Under the pieces are notes generated by a model, which saw only the letters and a list, made by a program, of their open reading frames with translations, was not told the DNA's origin and searched no databases. Made by a program: the position numbers and the translations under genes. A stretch of DNA of 45,052 bases, taken from NCBI GenBank assembly GCA_000437255.1, contig FR899104.1:208096-253147 (forward strand), given 5' to 3'. This DNA is from Ruminococcus sp. CAG:403 (GTDB lineage: Bacteria > Bacillota > Clostridia > Oscillospirales > Ruminococcaceae). Of this stretch, positions 1 through 9,938 are shown in pieces; positions within the stretch are counted from its first letter, which is position 1, and each line of letters starts with the position of its first letter.

Positions 1-1
1 G

Positions 2-1717
2 ACGTGTGCTTGCCTGCATCAGAATTTTGTACTGCTCTATGCCTCCGTTTGGCAGTCGATGCTCTATGTGTTTGTAGCGAGTTTCTTGGCGGTCAGTGCA
101 ATTGGAATTGCCATGTCCATCACGGGAACGGTTTTTACCAATCTTATTTTATCGGGATTGATTCTGTTTTTGCCTCGTATCGCAATTTTGCTGATTTGCA
201 ACGGCATTTCCAATGCACCGATGATGGTTACGACAGATCTTCCGTTTTTGCTGCAAAGTACTTGTAATTTGGTCATCAATTTGATTTTTATGGCATTTAC
301 AAATAGTGGACTGTTAATTGGTTCGCAGTTCTATTGGTCTGTTCTGTATACGGCAGGATTGGCACTGCTCTATTTGATTTTGGGTACGTTTCTTTTTCAA
401 AAGCGAAAGAGTGAGACAGCTGGACAAAGTGCGCCCAATCGTCGGCTGCAAGCCGTTTATCGGATTATCCTGGTAATGGCGTACTGCCTGCCGGTTTGTG
501 TATGGATTGTGGATTCTGAAGTTACATCTATCAGTGGTTTTGAAGTATTTGTTTTATATTTGATTGCTGTTTTGATTTACTTTTTCTATGAACTGCTCAC
601 CACCAAAAAGATCAAGCAAACGCTGCGCACTGCACCGGGCTTGCTGTTGGTTGCAGCATGCAATGGTGTATTGATTTTTGGAATGCATACAGCCTACCAG
701 AAGGAGCTGCAATTTGCACCGAGTGCAGAGGAGATTCAATCGGTTTTCATCCTGGGAGATGGACTGTCCAGTGCAGCAGAAGGAAATTTCATCAACTTCT
801 CTTCTTATGCGGATTATCGAAGCGGAGAAATTCAGCTGAAAGGGGAAGATGCACGGCAGCTGGTTGCTGCTAGTCTGTATGACTGTGTGCAGACCTATCA
901 GAAGAATCCAGATCAATATTGGGAACATTATCATGCTTTTGGAGATATGGAAAAAAGCGGATATCGTTCTTACAATGTAAAAATTCAGACGGCGCACCAT
1001 ACCAAATATCGCAACATCTTTGTTCCTGCTGAGCAGAATGCTATTTTGGAAAATGCCATTTTACAGAATCCGCAGATCGAACAGATTTGGAAAACCATGC
1101 CGGAACCAGTCCCTGGAACACTCAGTGTAGAGAACTTCTCCAGCGATCAGGCAGCAGAACTTTATGATTCTGTTCAGAAGGAACTGCAAACCATTTCGTT
1201 TTCAACTTGGTATGAGCATTGCAATTTTGGAAATCCCTCCACGGAGAATGATCCGTCTTTTGCACTGGAATGTACGGTTCGGCTGGATGGTAAGATTTAT
1301 CAGTTTTATTTCGATGTTGCTTCCAGTCTTTTCCCGGATACGTACCAGAAGTACTGTCAGATGCGTTATGAAGAAGATGCTGACAGTATACAGGAATTGC
1401 AGCGGATTGTATCGCATCTTTCTGACAGCACTTCCGGCAACTTTTATTTGGATTTGTACAACAGCAAGGGAGAAAACTACTATTTGAGTGGTGACTTCGT
1501 AGGGGAAAATGGTGCAGAGAGTCTGAAGGCAGTTTGCAGCCGTATTCAGGATCAGCCCTGTACAGCCGGAGCAGCATATGCCAATCTCTTTGTTTACTTT
1601 GACGATAGCTATACCAATTATAGTTTAATGGTATCCATCAAGGACTTCCAGGAATCAGATTTATCCGATCAATTTTCTCATATGATTCATACGGACACAT
1701 TGGATTCTGTGCAATAA
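2..1717 (+). CDS. ABC-transporter permease-like multi-pass membrane protein with a large C-terminal extracellular domain (5' partial)
   Basis: The frame is open from the window edge (TCACLHQNFVLLYASVWQSM...). It has several hydrophobic helices and a KRKSETAG loop typical of clostridial ABC-2-type permeases, then a soluble C-terminal half. Confidence 0.6.
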   Translation, partial: TCACLHQNFVLLYASVWQSMLYVFVASFLAVSAIGIAMSITGTVFTNLILSGLILFLPRIAILLICNGISNAPMMVTTDLPFLLQSTCNLVINLIFMAFTNSGLLIGSQFYWSVLYTAGLALLYLILGTFLFQKRKSETAGQSAPNRRLQAVYRIILVMAYCLPVCVWIVDSEVTSISGFEVFVLYLIAVLIYFFYELLTTKKIKQTLRTAPGLLLVAACNGVLIFGMHTAYQKELQFAPSAEEIQSVFILGDGLSSAAEGNFINFSSYADYRSGEIQLKGEDARQLVAASLYDCVQTYQKNPDQYWEHYHAFGDMEKSGYRSYNVKIQTAHHTKYRNIFVPAEQNAILENAILQNPQIEQIWKTMPEPVPGTLSVENFSSDQAAELYDSVQKELQTISFSTWYEHCNFGNPSTENDPSFALECTVRLDGKIYQFYFDVASSLFPDTYQKYCQMRYEEDADSIQELQRIVSHLSDSTSGNFYLDLYNSKGENYYLSGDFVGENGAESLKAVCSRIQDQPCTAGAAYANLFVYFDDSYTNYSLMVSIKDFQESDLSDQFSHMIHTDTLDSVQ

Positions 1718-1727
1718 TGAATGAAAA

Positions 1728-1772
1728 ACAGGAAACTGCTGCACGAGTATTGCGTGCAGCAGCCTGTCTTTG
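1728..1772 (+). terminator. Intrinsic terminator-like hairpin
   Basis: 10-bp stem CTGCTGCACG/CGTGCAGCAG (1736-1762), extended by ACAGG/CCTGT and followed by CTTTGT. Confidence 0.55.
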
Positions 1773-1783
1773 TACCAAACTGC

Positions 1784-1813
1784 TTGACAGATCTTGGAGG
1801 ATTATGGTATGAT
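1784..1813 (+). promoter_or_regulatory. Sigma-A promoter of the XRE regulator
   Basis: TTGACA (1784-1789), 18-bp spacer, extended TGnTATGAT (1808-1813). Confidence 0.6.
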
Positions 1814-1848
1814 GAGCAGGAAACCCAGGCACAGGAGTGTGATGTGAG

Positions 1849-2247
1849 ATGGAATTTTCAAAAAAGTTGATATTGCTTCGCAAGCAATATGGATATTTAC
1901 AGGAAGAACTGGCAAGGATGCTGGGAATCTCCAAGCGGACGCTGCAACTATATGAAAGCGGACAGCGTTACCCCAAGAAAGCAGTACTGGATCAGATTTG
2001 CAGCATTTTTTCCATTTCCATGAAGGAATTGCTGGAAACGGAACCAGCTGCTGAAACAGTCCCTACAGCAGCGCCCATTCAATTGGAGCACTTAACGGCA
2101 CGGCAGCTGGTGCAGGCTGCCAGAGCCTTTTATCAGCGGGAAGACCTGACGGAATTAGAACGGGAACAGGTCATGTATGCGGTGCAGCATTTTTTCTGGG
2201 ATGCCAAAAAACGATCCAGCCGATTTTTTGATCAGTTGGATGAATAA
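1849..2247 (+). CDS. XRE-family helix-turn-helix transcriptional regulator
   Basis: N-terminal HTH_3 pattern LRKQYGYLQEELARMLGISKRTLQLYESGQRYP; AGGAG SD upstream. Confidence 0.85.
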   Translation: MEFSKKLILLRKQYGYLQEELARMLGISKRTLQLYESGQRYPKKAVLDQICSIFSISMKELLETEPAAETVPTAAPIQLEHLTARQLVQAARAFYQREDLTELEREQVMYAVQHFFWDAKKRSSRFFDQLDE

Positions 2248-2292
2248 AAAGAAACTGCCGGGCGGAGATGAATTCCGTTCCGGCAGTTTTTG
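2246..2292. terminator. Bidirectional intrinsic terminator between the XRE gene and pfk
   Basis: AAACTGCCGG...CCGGCAGTTT stem with an A-tract before and a T-tract after; it lies between convergent genes. Confidence 0.75.
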
Positions 2293-2310
2293 TGTTGTTC
2301 AGATTATGAA

Positions 2311-3390
2311 TTAATCACCAAAGGAAATGTCAAGATCTCTCGCGGCTTGTACCATCTGGTCATCTTTCGGTACAAATTTGGTTTTTCCAGCGACATCCGC
2401 CAGCAGATTTTCCGAAACCTTGTCCTGAATCATGGCAACGGCATATCCAAACTTTTCTTCTGCAATCAGCTGTGCAGCTCGTACCCCAAATTGTGTTGCC
2501 AAGATACGGTCATACGCAGAAGGACTTCCGCCACGAAGCATGTGACCCGGTACACAGACTCTTGTTTCCAGACCGGTTGTTGCTTCAATTTGCTTGGCAA
2601 TGCGTCCGGTTGCCGTTGTAATGCCAGCTTCTGCACGGCGTTTTGCCCGTTCCTTCTTTTTCATGTTGGCTTCTTCCTGATCCATAGCGCCTTCTGCTAC
2701 AGCCAGGATGGAGAATCCTTTTCCTGCTTTGCTGCGCTTTTCGCAAGCCTCGCAGAGTTTTTCAATCTGATACGGGATTTCCGGCAGAACGATCATATCA
2801 GCACCGCCGGCAACACCGGAATACAATGTCAGCCAGCCAGCCTTATTGCCCATGATTTCAACCACTAAAATACGGCCATGGGAATTGGCAGTTGTGTGCA
2901 GCCGGTCAATGACATCCGTTGCAATGTCTACTGCTGTATGGAATCCAAAGGTGATACTGGTTCCCCAGATATCATTGTCGATGGTCTTGGGCAGTCCAAT
3001 GACATTGAGTCCTTCTGTCGCAAGCAAATTGGCTGTCTTGTGAGTACCATTTCCGCCCAGTGTCAGCAAGCAATCCAATTTCTGCTTTTTGTAAGTTTGT
3101 TTCATCGCTTTGACTTTATCAATGTTGTCTTCTTCTACCACCTGCATCATTTTAAAGGGGGTACGCTTTGTACCAAAAATGGTGCCGCCTGTTGTCAAAA
3201 TACCGGAAAAGTCGGATGGAACCATTTCTTTGCAGAGATTGTGAATTAAGCCGTGATAACCGTCCTGAATGCCAACAATTTCTACATCATTTCCAAATTG
3301 ATGGTAGCAGGCTTTGGCAACGCCGCGGATGGTTGCATTTAAACCTGGGCAGTCGCCGCCGCTTGTTAAGATACCGATTCTTCTTTTCAT
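2311..3390 (-). CDS. pfkA: 6-phosphofructokinase, PfkA family (G104/K124-type signature, probably ATP/GTP-dependent)
   Basis: Motifs TSGGDCPGLN, GGNGT, PKTIDND and EIMG. Start reset to the ATG at 3390, which has an AAAGGAAG SD. Confidence 0.9.
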   Translation of the reverse strand: MKRRIGILTSGGDCPGLNATIRGVAKACYHQFGNDVEIVGIQDGYHGLIHNLCKEMVPSDFSGILTTGGTIFGTKRTPFKMMQVVEEDNIDKVKAMKQTYKKQKLDCLLTLGGNGTHKTANLLATEGLNVIGLPKTIDNDIWGTSITFGFHTAVDIATDVIDRLHTTANSHGRILVVEIMGNKAGWLTLYSGVAGGADMIVLPEIPYQIEKLCEACEKRSKAGKGFSILAVAEGAMDQEEANMKKKERAKRRAEAGITTATGRIAKQIEATTGLETRVCVPGHMLRGGSPSAYDRILATQFGVRAAQLIAEEKFGYAVAMIQDKVSENLLADVAGKTKFVPKDDQMVQAARDLDISFGD

Positions 3391-3439
3391 GGTGAGAGAC
3401 TTCCTTTCCGTTTCAAACCAAGGTTTCATTTATGCCATT

Positions 3440-3468
3440 AGTATACCACAATTTCCTACAAAAGTAAA
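3440..3468 (-). promoter_or_regulatory. Sigma-A promoter of pfkA
   Basis: Minus strand TTTACT, 17 bp, TGnTATACT. Confidence 0.5.
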
Positions 3469-3561
3469 GTAAATTTCTGGGGTGGTTTTTCGTTTATTTT
3501 TTACAAAGGCGGCTGGAATGAAGCGGAAACGCCGTAGAAATAACAGATCGAAGGCACTTTT

Positions 3562-4146
3562 TTACTTGCTTTCTTTTACATCATTTGGATCCAGATCGAT
3601 CACGGAATCTCTTGTTTTCTTAGCTGGAAGCAGCAAAATTTGTTCTATTACGTTTAAACTGCCGCTGATGATGAGCAGAATGCCGATTAACTGATAGACG
3701 ATACCGCTCCAGATGTTGAACAGAATGACAGCACCCAGTACAATAATTGCAAGGTCAAATAAGAATGCCAGAATCCAGCGGGTATCCCGTTGCGTAATGC
3801 GAACGGTTTCAACAAATCCGCCAATTCCGCTGAGCAGGACAAATGCGCCAATGAAAAATGGAATCAACAGGTCAAATGTAATCGGAATCAAAATGAAGAT
3901 TGCAGCAAGAACCAGCAGAATGATGCCTGTTCCCAGAATGCGAGGCCGCTTTTCGTATTTGACCGTTGCACTGTAGATAACGATTTCCGTAAATCCGAGC
4001 AGTGCCAGAATGCTGCCGCAGACAATGCAGATTTTGTTCAGCAAATCAGAATTCACAAGCAGCAAAATTCCGATGGCAATGAGCAGGACTGGCCCAATAA
4101 AAGGGAGCAGCCAATTGAAAAAGGATGATTTTTTTGTTTTTTGCAT
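3562..4146 (-). CDS. HdeD/DUF308-like membrane protein
   Basis: About six short hydrophobic helices with repeated G-I-L-L patterns. Start reset to the ATG at 4146 (AGAAAGGGG SD). Confidence 0.65.
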   Translation of the reverse strand: MQKTKKSSFFNWLLPFIGPVLLIAIGILLLVNSDLLNKICIVCGSILALLGFTEIVIYSATVKYEKRPRILGTGIILLVLAAIFILIPITFDLLIPFFIGAFVLLSGIGGFVETVRITQRDTRWILAFLFDLAIIVLGAVILFNIWSGIVYQLIGILLIISGSLNVIEQILLLPAKKTRDSVIDLDPNDVKESK

Positions 4147-4162
4147 GAGGAAAAACCCCTTT

Positions 4163-6793
4163 CTATAAAATATGAGTGCGATACTTGAGCTGGAATCGTT
4201 TCCAGCGAGAAGCTTTTGCATATAGTTTTTTGAAAATGGCTTTCAGTGTTCGAACAGCTTGCTTCTGCTGTGCAGCAGTGGGTGGTTCTGCGCTGAATTG
4301 TGCGATTTGTGCCTGTTCCGCAAGGAGCGTGAGTTCTTCTTGGGTGACACCATATGGAGCAAAGACATGGGCAGCTTGTTGAATCCAATCTGCTTCTTTA
4401 GAGGAAGCACGTGGCGCACAGTCAAACAGGCTGCAAATGGCAAGCAATTGCTCATAGGCGGTCAGAACTGCAAGGGCGGGATCCTGTCCGTACAGAATGG
4501 CTTGGCATCGTCTGGTTTGCAGCAGATGGAACAGGTATGGGGACGCAAGCAGCAGCAACAGCAAAAAGGCGGTGCCGATCACAAGAAGGATCATTGTATG
4601 GGAGCGTTGTGTCTGCGGCATTGGATTGTTCGGACTGCTGGAAACAGTAGTGGTTATCGCTGCGGTTTGCGTAGCTTGCATGGTATGGGTACGGGTGGTA
4701 TGCGTGACAGTAGAGCGAGCCGTTCGTGTGGTTGTTGCAATGGTTTCCGTGGTGGTCATCTGCATGTCAGGAATGGAGCCGTTGGAATAACCAGGGGTGA
4801 ATTCATAGGGAATCCATCCGTATCCGGCAACATAAAACTCACACCAGGCATGCGCACGGGCATCTGTCAGCTGCATGGTATAGGTTCCGTTTGCGTTTTG
4901 TGTGGCATTGCGGACATCTTCCGGTGCCAGTACGTAACCCTCACAGTAACGGGTTGGGATGTTCCAGTAGCGTGCCAGAACGGTTCCTGCTGTTGCGAAA
5001 TGCACGCAGTAGCCTTTGTGATTTTCCGTCAGGAAATAGGAGATAAACTCTCGGTTTCGAGGCGTTGTACCGGGGGATAGCGTATAGCTTGCCTGGCTGG
5101 CAATTGCTGCCTGCAAGGCATCCAATACCGCAAGTTGTTCGCTGAGCGTTGCCGTGTCAGAAAGCGGGCGAATGGCAATTTGTGCCTGTAACTGTTGGTA
5201 AACTTCGTCCAACGCATCAGAATCCGGCAATGTAGTATCCAGCTCCTGCACAAATGGGCGGTACACCTTTGACTCTGCCAGTAAGTTTTGAATCAGCGCG
5301 GCTGGTTCGTCTGTTGGAACAGCAGCCGGGTCAAAATAACTGTCACAGAGAATGGGGTTTGTATCCGATGCTATTCCAATGTGATTCAAAAAAGCGTTGG
5401 TTGCTGCATCGTTCTCTTGGAACATGGAACGGGACATGGAAACTGTTGTGCGGTTATATTCTGCCAGCTGGCGATAAGAATTCGGCTGCAATACAGTCAC
5501 TTTATAATCTCGGTTGCTGGAAAGATCGGTTCCGTAGTCGAAGGTAAAATCAGCATCAGAATTTTGAAAGCCATAGGGGAGAAAGCAGGTGTTTTCCCGG
5601 TTTTTGGCATGGATGCTCATGTGGTACGGGGTAACCTGCCGGAAAATAGCGGCATTGAAATCATAAAATGCAGTTTGCGGCAGGCAGCCATACTCCTGCA
5701 TCAGACTATTCAAGGCACTTTGTTCCGTATAAGTCCGATCAGGGGGAACACTCCAGCTGTTTTCTTCGTAAACGGATGCGGTGCTGCCCTTTAAATAAAC
5801 AGGTGCAGTTGGAAGCTCGTCGACCGTGACAACCAAGTCGGTTTTATTGTCATATTTTAAGTTGCCAACTGTATCCAGTTTTTTATACAGCAAGCTGTTT
5901 CCAATGCCCAAGGAAGAACGAATGGAAGAAAAACTTTCCGATAGGTTTCCAAGATCGAAATCGCTGAGGCTTTCATGCAGGCGGTTGCGGGTTTGTGTAA
6001 GACGTTCTGAATGCAACAGACTGTTGTCCTGTACCAGAAAGCCGCACAGTAAAAAGGAAAGTGCTGTGAGTCCCGCTAAAACGGCACCGCATAGTGCAGA
6101 AATTTTTGCGCGAAGGACATGCTGCGCAGAGAACACGTTTTTTTTGCGGATAAATCCCATGGCATACTGCCCTTGGTCGTGCCGATAGTCTGCAATTTGG
6201 ATGCCCAGAACGAAGAACCAATAAATGACAGCCATGGAAATGGGAATCGGATGTGCTTCAATGCCATTGTACAGCCCCAGTTCCAGAAGGGGAAAGGTGG
6301 CAAAGAATGCCAGAAAAATATTTGGCTGCCGCAGCGTGATTTGACTGATTAGAACGGAGAATGCCAGGATGCAACAGCAGAGGAACAAGGTCATGGAAGA
6401 CGCTTGCGGTATGGAGGATTCCATTTCGAAATAGTCCAAATTGGTATGGTGAATCACACGGTAAAACTGGTTGTAAAAGAACTTTGCCCCTGTTGAAAAA
6501 ATCGCCCATTTGCGCCAGATCATCAAACCGTCTGCGAGCAGAAAGATTGGACTGAGCATATGAAATCGTCCAGGCAGCAACATTAAAGCGCTGGTTAGCG
6601 TAAAGCAGCAGATGGAAAACAAAGCAATCGCTTCCCACCAGCAAACAGGGGAGAACATGCTCAAAACAGAATAGATTGTTCCAAAGAAACCGAGCACATT
6701 GCAAAGCAGCAACAAAAGCTTTCGATGAGAATGGCTGTTTCGGCGCAGCTGAATGGAAATGGCATCTGAAAACTGAAATCCGGAATCGGTCAT
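4163..6793 (-). CDS. Membrane-anchored transglutaminase-like protein (TgpA-like)
   Basis: N-terminal multi-TM region; catalytic core GYCVHFAT...RYCEGY...HAWCEFY...GWIPYEFTP; Thr-rich linker; C-terminal TM and tail. Confidence 0.85.
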   Translation of the reverse strand: MTDSGFQFSDAISIQLRRNSHSHRKLLLLLCNVLGFFGTIYSVLSMFSPVCWWEAIALFSICCFTLTSALMLLPGRFHMLSPIFLLADGLMIWRKWAIFSTGAKFFYNQFYRVIHHTNLDYFEMESSIPQASSMTLFLCCCILAFSVLISQITLRQPNIFLAFFATFPLLELGLYNGIEAHPIPISMAVIYWFFVLGIQIADYRHDQGQYAMGFIRKKNVFSAQHVLRAKISALCGAVLAGLTALSFLLCGFLVQDNSLLHSERLTQTRNRLHESLSDFDLGNLSESFSSIRSSLGIGNSLLYKKLDTVGNLKYDNKTDLVVTVDELPTAPVYLKGSTASVYEENSWSVPPDRTYTEQSALNSLMQEYGCLPQTAFYDFNAAIFRQVTPYHMSIHAKNRENTCFLPYGFQNSDADFTFDYGTDLSSNRDYKVTVLQPNSYRQLAEYNRTTVSMSRSMFQENDAATNAFLNHIGIASDTNPILCDSYFDPAAVPTDEPAALIQNLLAESKVYRPFVQELDTTLPDSDALDEVYQQLQAQIAIRPLSDTATLSEQLAVLDALQAAIASQASYTLSPGTTPRNREFISYFLTENHKGYCVHFATAGTVLARYWNIPTRYCEGYVLAPEDVRNATQNANGTYTMQLTDARAHAWCEFYVAGYGWIPYEFTPGYSNGSIPDMQMTTTETIATTTRTARSTVTHTTRTHTMQATQTAAITTTVSSSPNNPMPQTQRSHTMILLVIGTAFLLLLLLASPYLFHLLQTRRCQAILYGQDPALAVLTAYEQLLAICSLFDCAPRASSKEADWIQQAAHVFAPYGVTQEELTLLAEQAQIAQFSAEPPTAAQQKQAVRTLKAIFKKLYAKASRWKRFQLKYRTHIL

Positions 6794-7959
6794 ACAGCAG
6801 GCTCCTTTCCTGCCTCTAGAGCAGCTGTCACAGCAGCATCAATGGCATTTGGATCGATGAGAAAGCATCCGCTTGGAATCGGCTGCGGACAATCTGTCAC
6901 AAAGCAATAATGCACCTCTTGCAGATATTGCGTATCTTGTGCAGGTAGGTCAGGTGTCAACAACCAAGTAGCACCGCCGCCCGGCTGAATTTGCTGCATG
7001 CAGCATTCCAGCAGATGCTCCGGACGGGCAGCGGAAAGGCTATTGAATACTTGATGCAAACAGTTCCAAAGCTGTTCTGTGTCGGAGATGGTACAGCGTA
7101 CCGCTGCATGTTCCTGTGTGTGGTAAAAGAGTATGGTGTGCGAAACAGATGCCTGAAGCAGCCGATTGGAAAGGGTGCAAACGGTTTCCAGTAAAGCATC
7201 CAGCTGCTGAATGGAGGTACCGTTTGGAAGCACCAGTACAATTTGAAGGGTTTCCTGTAAAAGCGTGCCGTATTCTTTGACAAGCAGTTCGTCCTGCCGG
7301 CTGCTGAGCTTCCAGTGAATGCGGTTCATGCGGTCTCCCGGCTGGTAGGAACGAATACCGTATAATTCTGAAGTGTCTTGTCCGATTGTCTGAGAAGTTG
7401 CAGTGTTGGATTCGGGGGTAAGCTGTGTTTGCAGATTGGAAAGTGCTGCGAAGCAGGGACTGCCCATTGGATAAGCAGGGGTAGTAAAAACAGCAGATCG
7501 CCGAATCTTTCTGGACCAGAGGCGCATATAATCCCAAATTTGCAGCTCTGCCAATTGAATTTGTGTCATGCCGCAATGTTCTGGAATCACCTGTACAGCG
7601 ATTTGTACGGTATTTCGTGCTGGAATGGGGAAACAAAGCCGCATTTGTTCCGATTGTCCGGAGAGCAAATTGGTGCAGACCAAGGTAGCTGTTGCAGAGC
7701 CGATTGGTAAAATGCCTTTTTGTTCCACCGATAAAATGACGGTGTGTGCTTGTCCACGGTACATGCGTCCGCTGCCATTTAGCAAGGTAATATGCAGTCG
7801 GCAGCGCAAATACCAACTGATCAGATACAGGAAAATCGGTACAATTTGCAGCAGACACAGCAGCATCAGGGAGAAACTTCCCTTATACAGAATGGCAAAC
7901 AAGACGCTGATGAGGAGGAGTATGCCGTAGCATAGTTTCATATACCACATCGCCGTCAC
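6790..7959 (-). CDS. DUF58 domain protein
   Basis: Signature IRSYQPGDRMNRIHWKLSSRQDELLVKEY; N-terminal TMs; 4-bp overlaps with both neighbours. Confidence 0.85.
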   Translation of the reverse strand: MTAMWYMKLCYGILLLISVLFAILYKGSFSLMLLCLLQIVPIFLYLISWYLRCRLHITLLNGSGRMYRGQAHTVILSVEQKGILPIGSATATLVCTNLLSGQSEQMRLCFPIPARNTVQIAVQVIPEHCGMTQIQLAELQIWDYMRLWSRKIRRSAVFTTPAYPMGSPCFAALSNLQTQLTPESNTATSQTIGQDTSELYGIRSYQPGDRMNRIHWKLSSRQDELLVKEYGTLLQETLQIVLVLPNGTSIQQLDALLETVCTLSNRLLQASVSHTILFYHTQEHAAVRCTISDTEQLWNCLHQVFNSLSAARPEHLLECCMQQIQPGGGATWLLTPDLPAQDTQYLQEVHYCFVTDCPQPIPSGCFLIDPNAIDAAVTAALEAGKEPAV

Positions 7960-8912
7960 CGTTTTGCAGCAGGGCGTGGCATGGGAACACGCTGTAGGAT
8001 TTCATCCAGAATCCGCTCCATGTCGCTCGTCTTTGCAGTTCCGCTGCGCAGCAGGATGCGGTGCACGAAAACATCCTTGCAGAGAGAACGAACATCATCC
8101 GGAATGACATAGTTGCGTCCCCGCATGAATGCCATTGCTTTGGAAGCATCCGCCAAGGCAAGCGTTCCTCTGGGGCTGACACCAAGCGCAATGGCAGGAT
8201 GCGTACGGGTTTCAGCGACCAATGTGGCAATATACTGGTAGATTTGATCGCTTACATACACATTTTGAACAGCGGTACGCAAATGCAGCAGACGTTCCGC
8301 ATCCAGAATAGGATGAATTTGATCCAGTGGATTGCCGGCTTGCTTGGAACGCAAAATCTGAATTTCTTCCTGTAGCGTAGGATAGCCCATTTTTAACTGG
8401 AACATGAAGCGATCCATCTGCGATTCCGGCAGCATCTGTGTGCCGACGGATCCGATTGGATTTTGTGTGGCAAGCACAACGAATGGCTGCGGCAGGCGGT
8501 AAGTGTGCCCATCGACAGTGACAGCATTTTCTTCCATTGCTTCCAAAAGAGCAGATTGTGTTTTGCTGGAAGTGCGGTTGATTTCATCTGCCAGAAACAG
8601 TTGACAGAACAGAGAACCCGGTTGAAAAGCAAAGGAATCCGTTCGCTTTTGATACATGGAAAAACCGGTTAAGTCGGACGGCAGTACATCTGGCGTGAAC
8701 TGAGTACGTTTGTAGGAAAGGGAAAGCGCTTTGGAAAACGCAAGCGCAAGTGTTGTCTTTCCGACACCTGGCATATCTTCGATTAAAACATGTCCGCTTG
8801 CAAGAATGGCAAGAAAGACCTTTGCGATAATAATATCCTTGCCTACAATTGCCTTGCGCACTTCTTGAATGACTTGATTGATTTCGTGAATAGCTTGTGT
8901 GTTGTCCTGCAT
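7956..8912 (-). CDS. moxR: MoxR-family AAA+ ATPase
   Basis: Walker A EDMPGVGKT, RTQFTPDVLPSD, Walker B LADEINR, ATQNP and LPESQMDRF. Start reset to the ATG at 8912 (AGGAG SD). Confidence 0.92.
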   Translation of the reverse strand: MQDNTQAIHEINQVIQEVRKAIVGKDIIIAKVFLAILASGHVLIEDMPGVGKTTLALAFSKALSLSYKRTQFTPDVLPSDLTGFSMYQKRTDSFAFQPGSLFCQLFLADEINRTSSKTQSALLEAMEENAVTVDGHTYRLPQPFVVLATQNPIGSVGTQMLPESQMDRFMFQLKMGYPTLQEEIQILRSKQAGNPLDQIHPILDAERLLHLRTAVQNVYVSDQIYQYIATLVAETRTHPAIALGVSPRGTLALADASKAMAFMRGRNYVIPDDVRSLCKDVFVHRILLRSGTAKTSDMERILDEILQRVPMPRPAAKR

Positions 8913-8970
8913 AGTTTTGCTCCTGAATGACGATTGAATTTGGATCGGTTCTGCTCGAAATGGTAATCTT

Positions 8971-8999
8971 ATTGTAACATTTTTTTCCATTCTTTTCAA
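8971..8999 (-). promoter_or_regulatory. Sigma-A promoter of the moxR operon
   Basis: Minus strand TTGAAA, 17 bp, TGnTACAAT. Confidence 0.55.
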
Positions 9000-9158
9000 G
9001 TGCTGGAACGAAATTTCAAGGAAGTTTTGCCGAGACAAAAAGTACAGTTATTTTTAACGGCTTTTGAACAGCTGGAAACAATTTCGTATAAAACCACCTG
9101 GAAACCAGGATTTCTTTTGTGAAAATGGAGGCAAGATGCGGAAATGTAACGAAGCATA

Positions 9159-9186
9159 TTGACAAAACGCAAAAAAATGGTATACT
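9159..9186 (+). promoter_or_regulatory. Sigma-A promoter of ppa(-prs)
   Basis: TTGACA (9159-9164), 16 bp, TGnTATACT (9181-9186). Confidence 0.6.
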
Positions 9187-9244
9187 AAAAAGGTATTGAA
9201 TTCCGATTTTGAATGGTGAAAGTAATAAAGGAGTAATGTGCATC

Positions 9245-9775
9245 ATGAATATTTGGCACGACATAAACCCCAAACGGATTACAACGGAGGAATTTACAGC
9301 AGTCATTGAAATTCCAAAAAGCAGCAAAGTAAAGTATGAGCTGAATAAAGAAACCGGATTGTTGGAAATGGATCGCATCTTGTATACCTCTACCCACTAT
9401 CCGGCAAACTACGGATTCATTCCCCGTACCTATGCGGATGACGGAGATCCGCTGGATGTGCTGCTGCTTTGTTCTGAGCAGCTGTATCCGATGACATTGG
9501 TTCGTTGTTATCCCATTGGTGTTATCCGAATGATTGACAATGGTCACCATGATGATAAGATCATTGCCATTCCGCTGAGTGATCCGACGTATAATTCCTA
9601 TACGTCTATTGATGAACTGCCAAGTCATATTTTTGAGGAAATGGTACATTTCTTCAAGGTGTATAAAGAACTGGAACATAAAACAACGGCAGTGGATGAG
9701 ATCCAGGATGCAGAGGTCGCCAAAGAAATTATTGCACATGACATCGATCAGTATATCGAAAAGTTCTGCAAGTAA
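9245..9775 (+). CDS. ppa: Soluble inorganic pyrophosphatase, family I
   Basis: Motifs EIPK..KVKYE, YPANYGFIPRT, DGDPLDV, DDKIIA and HFFKVYKELE. Start at MNIWHDI, after an AAGGAG SD. Confidence 0.93.
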   Translation: MNIWHDINPKRITTEEFTAVIEIPKSSKVKYELNKETGLLEMDRILYTSTHYPANYGFIPRTYADDGDPLDVLLLCSEQLYPMTLVRCYPIGVIRMIDNGHHDDKIIAIPLSDPTYNSYTSIDELPSHIFEEMVHFFKVYKELEHKTTAVDEIQDAEVAKEIIAHDIDQYIEKFCK

Positions 9776-9938
9776 CAGGAGTCTGATTGGGAAAGAAGTC
9801 CGCATTTTGGGAACCATTCAAAATGCAGACTGAAGTGCCGGTTAGTTGATCAAAACTGATCGGTGATAAAAAGTAAAAACGTGTATACCTGTGTGCTGCA
9901 TGGATGCAGGTATACCAAACAAAAAAGGAGTTAAAAAC

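Noticed and set aside
1849..2247. XRE gene as a prophage/ICE repressor or antitoxin
   Set aside because: It is monocistronic between terminators, with no phage, ImmA-like or toxin neighbour.
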